Source: an uncultured Actinomycetota bacterium
GTDB taxonomy: Bacteria; Actinomycetota; Actinomycetes; Mycobacteriales; Mycobacteriaceae
Length of the DNA: 32,000 bases
Reading direction: 5' to 3'
NCBI GenBank assembly: GCA_963758775.1
Contig: CAVWWU010000010.1
Span: 1,325,346-1,357,345 of the forward strand
The position numbers and the translations under genes are program-made. Below are positions 7,902 through 13,596 of the stretch, one piece after another (the first letter of the stretch is position 1; each line of letters opens with the position of its first letter). The notes beneath the pieces were generated by a model. The model worked only from the letters and a program-made list of their open reading frames with translations. It did no database searches and was not told the DNA's origin.

Positions 7902-8990
7902 TCACCAGACAAAGACGGGCTTGACGACCTTGCCGGAGAGCACGTCGGCGACGGCGGTGTTGATGTCGCTGAACGCGTAGGTCGCGATCAGATCGTCGAC
8001 GTCGAATTCGCCGGACGCGTTCAGCTCGATCAGGCGCGGCACCATCTCGAGCGGGTCGGAGTCGCCCTCGATGCTGGACCTGATCACCTTGCCCGACTGC
8101 AGCAGGTCGATGGCGTCGATGGTGTACTCCTCGGCGCCGAGGCCGAGCGCGATCAGCGTGCCGCGGCTGCGCAGTGATTGCTGGGCCTGCTTGACGACGG
8201 CCGAGATCGCGGTGGTGTCGATCGCGTAGCTCGCGCCTCCGTCGGTTAGCTGTCGCACCTGCTCGACAACGTCTGTGGCGCTTGGGTCTACGCCGATCGC
8301 GCCGAACCTGGCCGCGGCATCGCGACGGCTCTGCAGCAGGTCGACCGCGACGATCGTGCCGACCTTCAGGTGCTTGGCGGCCGCGAGTGCGGCCAGGCCG
8401 ACCGCACCGGCGCCGTACACCACCAGGCTGTCGGCCGGGCTCGGCTTGAGCACGTTGAGCACGGTGCCGGCGCCGGTCTGAAAGCCGCACCCGTACGGCG
8501 CCACCCTGGTCAGGTCGACGGACTTGTCGACGACGACGCAGTTGTCGGCGTACGCGATCGCGTGCGCCGAAAGGCTGGACTGGCCAAAGAAGTTGCCGAA
8601 GACGGGCGAGCCGTCGCGGCTGTAGGTCGTCGAGCCGTCGGCGCGCATGCCCATATAGTTCAACATCATTGCGTTGCCGCAATAGCCGACGAGTCCGTTG
8701 GCGCAGACGGCGCAGGCGCGACAGGAGCGGAAGCTGAGCACCACATGGTCGCCGACCTGAACGCCGCTGACGCCCGGGCCCACCGCCTCGACGACGCCGG
8801 AACCCTCGTGGCCAAACACCCTCGGGAACATGACTTCCGGCAAAGTGTCCTTGAGGTGAAGATCGGTGTGGCAGAGCCCCGTTGCGACGATCCGGACGAG
8901 GATTTCGTCGTCGCGCGGGCCGTCGAGTTCTACCTCCTCCAGCGAAAATTCGTCGCCCTGCTGGTTGACAATCGCCACGGTTGTCTTCAT
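7902..8990 (-). CDS. Zn-dependent alcohol dehydrogenase (aryl/benzyl-alcohol dehydrogenase-like, MDR)
   Basis: Motifs present: GLCHTDLH, GHEGSGVVEAVG, structural-Zn cluster CRACAVCANGLVGYC, and Rossmann VVYGAGAVGLAA. AGGAG lies 9 nt upstream of the ATG. Confidence 0.9.
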   Translation of the reverse strand: MKTTVAIVNQQGDEFSLEEVELDGPRDDEILVRIVATGLCHTDLHLKDTLPEVMFPRVFGHEGSGVVEAVGPGVSGVQVGDHVVLSFRSCRACAVCANGLVGYCGNAMMLNYMGMRADGSTTYSRDGSPVFGNFFGQSSLSAHAIAYADNCVVVDKSVDLTRVAPYGCGFQTGAGTVLNVLKPSPADSLVVYGAGAVGLAALAAAKHLKVGTIVAVDLLQSRRDAAARFGAIGVDPSATDVVEQVRQLTDGGASYAIDTTAISAVVKQAQQSLRSRGTLIALGLGAEEYTIDAIDLLQSGKVIRSSIEGDSDPLEMVPRLIELNASGEFDVDDLIATYAFSDINTAVADVLSGKVVKPVFVW

Positions 8991-9080
8991 CGACTCACAG
9001 CTCCTACCTAATCGGAAACGTAACCATTGGTCCTTGGTGCAGATCTACCATGAACCGGGGTCTTGCGGCGGGAGTCGGAC

Positions 9081-9311
9081 ATGTCTTCGCATCTGACCAC
9101 TGCACCCGAGGCGTTGACGGCGGCTTCTGCGGACGATCCCGGTGCTGGCCCTGTTTCGTCGGGCGGGGCACCGGTGGAAACGGCGGTCCTGGTGGTGCCG
9201 GCGGCGCTGCATCCCCGTAGGGGCGCTGCGGGTGATCCGCCTATCCGCGTTGTGCGACTGACGATTTCGTGCTTTCGTCGGCGGCTAGCGGTGGCCGCCG
9301 CCGCCCGATGA
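9081..9311 (+). pseudogene. Possible degenerate PE / PE_PGRS remnant
   Basis: GGAG-N6-ATG. The N-terminus MSSHLTTAPEALTAASADDPGAGP resembles the PE start M-S-F-V-x-x-x-P-E-A-L-x-x-A-A. The rest does not look like a PE domain. Another frame here reads GTGGNGGPGGAGGAA, which is PGRS-like. The ORF overlaps the 3' end of the convergent gene. Confidence 0.3.
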
Positions 9312-11042
9312 ACCACCACCGAAGCCGCCACCACCGAAGCCGCCGCCGCCGAAGCCGCCGCCGAGGCCGCCGCCGCCGAAGCCGCCGGACGGGCCACCAC
9401 CGAAGCCGCCGCCTCCGAAGGGTCCGCCGCCGCCCCCGCCGAACGGACCACCGCCGCCACCAAAGGGTCCGCCGCCCAGCGGACCGCCCGGGGCTGGGCC
9501 GGGCGCAGTAACGGGTCCGGCGCCGGGCCCGCCGGGGCCGGTCGGCGCACCGCCACCGGGAAGTCCGCCGCCACCGATCGGGGCGCCACCTTCGTGAGGT
9601 GCGCCAACACCGGGTGGCGTACCTCCCTCGGGAGGTGCTTCGCCGGGAGCTCCGTGGCTTGGGCCAGGCCCGCTAGCGGGTCCACCGTCGGGCCCGCTGG
9701 CCGGGGGAGGAGCGTGGACCGGTCCTGGGCCGTGCGAGTTGTTGGGAGGCGCACCGTGCTCGCCGGGATTGGGCCACGGCCCTTGCTGCGGATGGGGTTG
9801 ATGGATCGCCGGCGGGGACGGGTGTGGCGGAGCGTCGATCACCGGTGGGCTCGCGGGCAGGACGGGCACATGTATGTGAACCTGCGGAACGGGTAGGGGC
9901 GCGATCGGCGGGACCACCACCGAGATCGGAGGCGCAGGCGCAGCCGGAACCGGAGCTGCCGCAACAGGAGCCGGGGGCACTGGAGCCGCGGGCACCGGGG
10001 CCGGCGGAGCGGGAGCGGCCGGCGGCGGCGCGGTGGCGGGCGGACCCAAGGGCTTGGGCGCGGCCGCCTGCGTCGCCGCCACTTGCCCTGGCGCACGCTC
10101 GGAGCCTTGCTGAAATGGGGCGATCATGTTGCGAAGCGGGGACGGCAGCAGCCCGACGGTTGTGTGGACGCCGAGTGTCAGGGCTACCTCGAGCGCTATC
10201 ACCGCGGTGATGGCGACAACCGCCAACGAAGTTCCCACCAGTAGGACCGGTCTGCGACGCGGCTTGTCCGCTATGACGACAGTCGGCGCACCTTCCTCGT
10301 CGTCCATCGCGACGTCGTAGGCAAGCTCGTCATCGTCCAGCTCGGGGTCGCGTTGGTAGGCCAGCGCCGCCGTCGACGACGCGAACAACGGGGCGTTCGC
10401 CGAGGCCAGGGCCGCCCCACGGGCCAGTGCCGTCGCCGGCTCTTCGGGCGCGCTGACGGTCAGCGACGTCGCTTCTTCCAAAAGCGTCTTCATCGAGGCG
10501 ATGTCGACACCGCGGCCGACGAGAAACAGGCCATCCGGGGGCGTCGGCAGCTCGTCGAGCCCGGCGACCAGCTTGGTCAGTTCTGTGGCAGCTTCTTCGT
10601 GGAGCGCGGAGACGGAGCCGTCGGAAGTTTCGACGACGGCCAAAGTCGCGGTGTCCGGTTCGACGAAGACCATCGCGGTGCGCTCGTAACCCATTGCGCC
10701 ACCGACAAATTGAGTCAATGCGGTCGCGGCAAGAAACGCCGAGACCAGCATCACATTTTCCATCTTGTGGGCCGTCAGGGCCTCGCGCAACGCGGCCACT
10801 TCAAGCTGGTCGGTACACGCCACCCCGATGGCGGACAGTTCCAGGCCGGCGCTCGCCGCGTCGTCGCGAGTAGCCATGATGGCGGCGATCACCCGATCAG
10901 ACGCGCTGACGGTCGGGGAGTCGTCGTCGGCGAGGACGGCCATCTCGTTCTCGTTTACCGTTGTGCCATCGGCATTTTCGCCTTGCAACAGCACCATCTG
11001 AACGGACTCTGGCGCCATTGAAACTCCGAGCACGATGTCCAT
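9285..11042 (-). CDS. Membrane protein, paralog B: degenerate actin/Hsp70-like N-domain, TM helix, then a Pro-rich and Gly/Phe-rich tail
   Basis: GGGAGG-N7-ATG at 11042. The N-domain (~230 aa) is collinear with the neighbouring gene. TM helix is PRRRPVLLVGTSLAVVAITAVIALEVALTLG. The tail runs from AP-rich through PH-rich and GP-rich sections to (G)nF repeats ending GGGGHR*. Confidence 0.8.
   Translation of the reverse strand: MDIVLGVSMAPESVQMVLLQGENADGTTVNENEMAVLADDDSPTVSASDRVIAAIMATRDDAASAGLELSAIGVACTDQLEVAALREALTAHKMENVMLVSAFLAATALTQFVGGAMGYERTAMVFVEPDTATLAVVETSDGSVSALHEEAATELTKLVAGLDELPTPPDGLFLVGRGVDIASMKTLLEEATSLTVSAPEEPATALARGAALASANAPLFASSTAALAYQRDPELDDDELAYDVAMDDEEGAPTVVIADKPRRRPVLLVGTSLAVVAITAVIALEVALTLGVHTTVGLLPSPLRNMIAPFQQGSERAPGQVAATQAAAPKPLGPPATAPPPAAPAPPAPVPAAPVPPAPVAAAPVPAAPAPPISVVVPPIAPLPVPQVHIHVPVLPASPPVIDAPPHPSPPAIHQPHPQQGPWPNPGEHGAPPNNSHGPGPVHAPPPASGPDGGPASGPGPSHGAPGEAPPEGGTPPGVGAPHEGGAPIGGGGLPGGGAPTGPGGPGAGPVTAPGPAPGGPLGGGPFGGGGGPFGGGGGGPFGGGGFGGGPSGGFGGGGLGGGFGGGGFGGGGFGGGSSGGGGHR
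9288..9480 (-). repeat. Roughly 15-nt periodic GGC/GAA-type repeats encoding a (G4-5 F/L) low-complexity C-terminus
   Basis: The plus strand reads ...accaccgaagccgccaccaccgaagccgccgccgccgaagccgccgccgaggccgcc... This encodes ...GPFGGGGGPFGGGGGGPFGGGGFGGG...GFGGGGFGGGGFGGG. Confidence 0.55.
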
Positions 11043-11112
11043 GACCACGCCTCCCAAACCTCTTGCACCACGCCGGGTGCTAACCGATCGTCCCCAAAGA
11101 AGCTGTGTCGGA

Positions 11113-11143
11113 GTCCTGGCGTAGTTATGTGGCTTTTATGAAG
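11113..11143 (-). promoter_or_regulatory. Conserved 31-nt upstream element, copy 1 (candidate promoter or leader of paralog B)
   Basis: gtcctggcgtagttatgtggcttttatgaag matches 27/31 positions with 13358-13388, which lies upstream of paralog A. Its near edge is 71 nt upstream of the ATG at 11042. Confidence 0.4.
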
Positions 11144-13263
11144 CTCGACGGCACGCCGCGAGTAGCGAGGGCGGTGCCGGCCGCCCTCGCTACCGCCAAC
11201 GTCACCCGTCGTCGCCGGAGCTGGCACTGCCGCTGTCGCTGCTGCCGCCGCTGTCGCTGCTGCCGCCGCTGTCCGTGCTGCCGCCATTGTCGCTGGGCGA
11301 GCTGACGCTGCCGCTGTCGCTGGGTGAGCTGGCCGGCCCGCTGTCCGGGGCGCTGGCCGGACCGCTGCTGTCGGGGGCGCTGGCCGGACCGCTGCTGTCG
11401 GGGGCGCTGGCCGGACCCGCTGCTGTCCGGAACGCTGGCCGGTCCGCTGCTTTCGGGTACGTTGCCACCGCCGCTGGCCGGTCCGCTGCTTTCGGGGACG
11501 TTGGCGCCGCCGCTGGCCGGTCCGCTGCTTTCGGGGACGTTGGCGCCGCCGCTGCCCGGCCCGCCGCTTTCGGGGACGTTGCCACCACCGACAGGTCCGC
11601 CGCCGCTATGCGGCTCACCGCCGCCGACAGGTCCACTGCCGCTGTGCGGCTCACCGCCGCCGACCGGCCCACTGCCCTCAGGCGGGGCGCCGCCGGGCGT
11701 TCCGTGGCCCGGGCCGCCGCTATGGGGCTCGCCGCCGCCGACGGGTCCGCCCTCAGTCGGGGGGCCGCCGGGACCTCCATGGCCGGGTCCGGGGCCGCTG
11801 ATGGGTCCGCCACCGTGCGGCCCGCCGCCGGGACCACCGTGGCCCGGTCCCGGGCCGCTAGCCGGGCCGCCGTCTCCCGGATCGCCGGGGCGCCCACCGC
11901 CCCTGCCCGGATTGGGTTGCGGCCCTTGGTCCGGAGGAGGTTGATTCGGTGGCGGCGCCTGCGGTGGGGAAACCTGGATCGGCTGCGATGAGTCGGCAGG
12001 CGGCGACGGTTGCATCGGCGCCTGAACCGCCGGCGGGCTCGCCGGCGCGTCGGGCGTCGGTACCTGCGGCAACGGAGCCGGCGCCAGCGGGGGGATCACC
12101 ACCGGAACCGGCACAGCCGGCCCCGCGGGACCCGGCACAGCCGCGGCCCCGGGCGCCGGGGCCGGCGGAGCCGCCGGCAGTGCGCCCACCGGCTGACCCA
12201 ACGGCTTGGCCACCGCCGCCTTCTTGGCCGCCACCGGTCCCAGCTGCGGCGCGATGGCCTGCTCGACTGGAGCGATGAAGTTCTGGATCGGGGCCGGCAA
12301 CAAGCCAACCGTGGTCCGCAGGCCAAGGCCCAGCGCGACCTCCAGCGCCAGCGCAGCGCTGATGACGCCCACCGTCACCGCACTTCCGACCAGTAAGACC
12401 CGCCTCCGACGGGGCGTCTCTTCCTCGGGAGCGTCGAGGATGACGGTGGGGGTACTGGCTTCTTCGTCTTCGACAGCGCTGTAGGCGACGTCATCCTCGC
12501 CTTCCTGGGTATCGGCGACGCCCAGATAGTCCGGAATGGCCGATGCGTCGAGGGAACCCGTGCCGGGGTCCTGCCCGTAGGCAAGCACCGTGGTCGCCGA
12601 CGCGAACAACGCCGCGGACGCCACGGCCGCACCGCGCGCCAGCGCCGTCTCCGGTTCTTCCGGTGCACTCACGGCAAGCGACGTCGCCGACTCCAATTGC
12701 GTTTTGATGGAAGCGATCTCGACGCCGCAGCCGACCAGAACCAGGCCGGCCGGGGGCTCGGGCAGCTCGTCGAGCCCGGCGACCAGATCCAGGAGCTCTG
12801 CGGTCGGTGCTTCGCGGACATCGGAGACGGAGCCGTCGGAGGTGTCGACGACGGCCAGCGTTGCCGTATCGGGTTCGACGAAGAGAACCGCGGTCCGGTC
12901 GTAACCCATTGTCCCGCCGACGAGTTGGGTCAGCGACGTTGCGGCCTGGAAAGCCGAGACCAGCGTGACACTCTCCAGCTCGTTGGTGGCCAGCGCGGCG
13001 CGCAGCTCCGCTGCTTCCGCTTCGAGCTGGTCGGTGCATGCCACCCCGACGGCGGACAGCTCCAAGCCCGCAGCGGTAGCGTCGTCGCGGGTGGCCAGGA
13101 TTGCGGCAAGCACCCGGTCGGACGCTCTGGCGGTCGGCGAGTCCTCGGCAATGGCGCTGATGAATTCTTTCTCGTCTACCGTTGCGCCATCGGCATTTTC
13201 ACCTTGAAGTAATACCATGTGAACCGAGTCAGGTGCCATCGAAATTCCAAGCACGATATCCAC
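11125..13263 (-). CDS. Membrane protein, paralog A: degenerate actin/Hsp70-like N-domain, TM helix, Pro-rich and Gly/Pro/Ser/Glu repeat tail. The 3' end is affected by a 1-nt frameshift; the alternative ancestral stop is at 11202.
   Basis: GGAGG-N7-GTG at 13263 (VDIVLGISMAPDSVHMVLLQGENADG). TM helix is PRRRRVLLVGSAVTVGVISAALALEVALGLG. After the CCC run at 11416-11418 the reading frame leaves the repeat frame and yields an Arg/Gln tail that runs into the next gene's upstream element. Confidence 0.75.
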   Translation of the reverse strand: MDIVLGISMAPDSVHMVLLQGENADGATVDEKEFISAIAEDSPTARASDRVLAAILATRDDATAAGLELSAVGVACTDQLEAEAAELRAALATNELESVTLVSAFQAATSLTQLVGGTMGYDRTAVLFVEPDTATLAVVDTSDGSVSDVREAPTAELLDLVAGLDELPEPPAGLVLVGCGVEIASIKTQLESATSLAVSAPEEPETALARGAAVASAALFASATTVLAYGQDPGTGSLDASAIPDYLGVADTQEGEDDVAYSAVEDEEASTPTVILDAPEEETPRRRRVLLVGSAVTVGVISAALALEVALGLGLRTTVGLLPAPIQNFIAPVEQAIAPQLGPVAAKKAAVAKPLGQPVGALPAAPPAPAPGAAAVPGPAGPAVPVPVVIPPLAPAPLPQVPTPDAPASPPAVQAPMQPSPPADSSQPIQVSPPQAPPPNQPPPDQGPQPNPGRGGGRPGDPGDGGPASGPGPGHGGPGGGPHGGGPISGPGPGHGGPGGPPTEGGPVGGGEPHSGGPGHGTPGGAPPEGSGPVGGGEPHSGSGPVGGGEPHSGGGPVGGGNVPESGGPGSGGANVPESSGPASGGANVPESSGPASGGGNVPESSGPASVPDSSGSGQRPRQQRSGQRPRQQRSGQRPGQRAGQLTQRQRQRQLAQRQWRQHGQRRQQRQRRQQRQRQCQLRRRRVTLAVARAAGTALATRGVPSSFIKAT
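11232..11661 (-). repeat. Nested in-frame tandem repeat arrays inside paralog A
   Basis: 18 bp x3 at 11232-11285 (GGSSDS). 27 bp x3 at 11347-11428 (DSSGPASAP), where the third unit is 28 bp. 39 bp x4 at 11434-11589 (GGANVPESSGPAS). 36 bp x2-3 from 11590 (GGGEPHSGxGPV). Units were read directly from the sequence. Confidence 0.85.
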
Positions 13264-13357
13264 GATCACGCCTCCTATATCTAGGCGGCCGTCCAGGTCT
13301 GAGGGGGACAGACGACGCGGACCGCAAACTGATCGTGGCGGGGCAAGCTGTGCCCGC

Positions 13358-13388
13358 GTCCTGCCGCAGTTATGGGGGTTTTATGAAG
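13358..13388 (-). promoter_or_regulatory. Conserved 31-nt upstream element, copy 2 (candidate promoter or leader of paralog A)
   Basis: gtcctgccgcagttatgggggttttatgaag matches 27/31 positions with 11113-11143. Its near edge is 95 nt upstream of the GTG at 13263. Confidence 0.4.
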
Positions 13389-13596
13389 TGGTCAGCGGTT
13401 CGGATCGCCAGCGCGGCCCGGTCAGTGTCGGATTTACCGCGAGCGCTGTCGGGATGAGCCCGACTGTCGCCACGTAGAGGTTCTCGGTGCCCCACACGTG
13501 CGCGAAGCCCAGTGCCATCCACTGCGCTGGCCACAGTGCAGATCGTGCCGCGGCGGATGCCGCCGCCGCTGCTTAACTATTCAGATCGCGTCACGG

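Noticed and set aside
11232-11661. Regular short direct repeats that might be taken for a CRISPR array
   Set aside because: The units are directly adjacent, with no spacers. Their lengths are multiples of 3 nt, they lie inside an ORF, and they encode Gly/Pro/Ser repeats. No cas genes are present.
9594-12904. Multiple + strand ORFs (for example 9594..9896, 10353..11021, 11275..11991, 11324..11944, 12697..13212) opposite the two paralogs
   Set aside because: They are shadows of the minus-strand genes. The + strand Pro/Leu/Gly repeat ORFs at 11275-11991 simply mirror the coding tandem repeats.
13381-13518. 45-codon minus-strand ORF (MALGFAHVWGTENLYVATVGLIPTALAVNPTLTGPRWRSEPLTTS) in the 333-bp spacer between the PE_PGRS protease and paralog A
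   Set aside because: It is too short, with no RBS seen and no recognisable family. It may be a gene remnant, but I cannot support a call.
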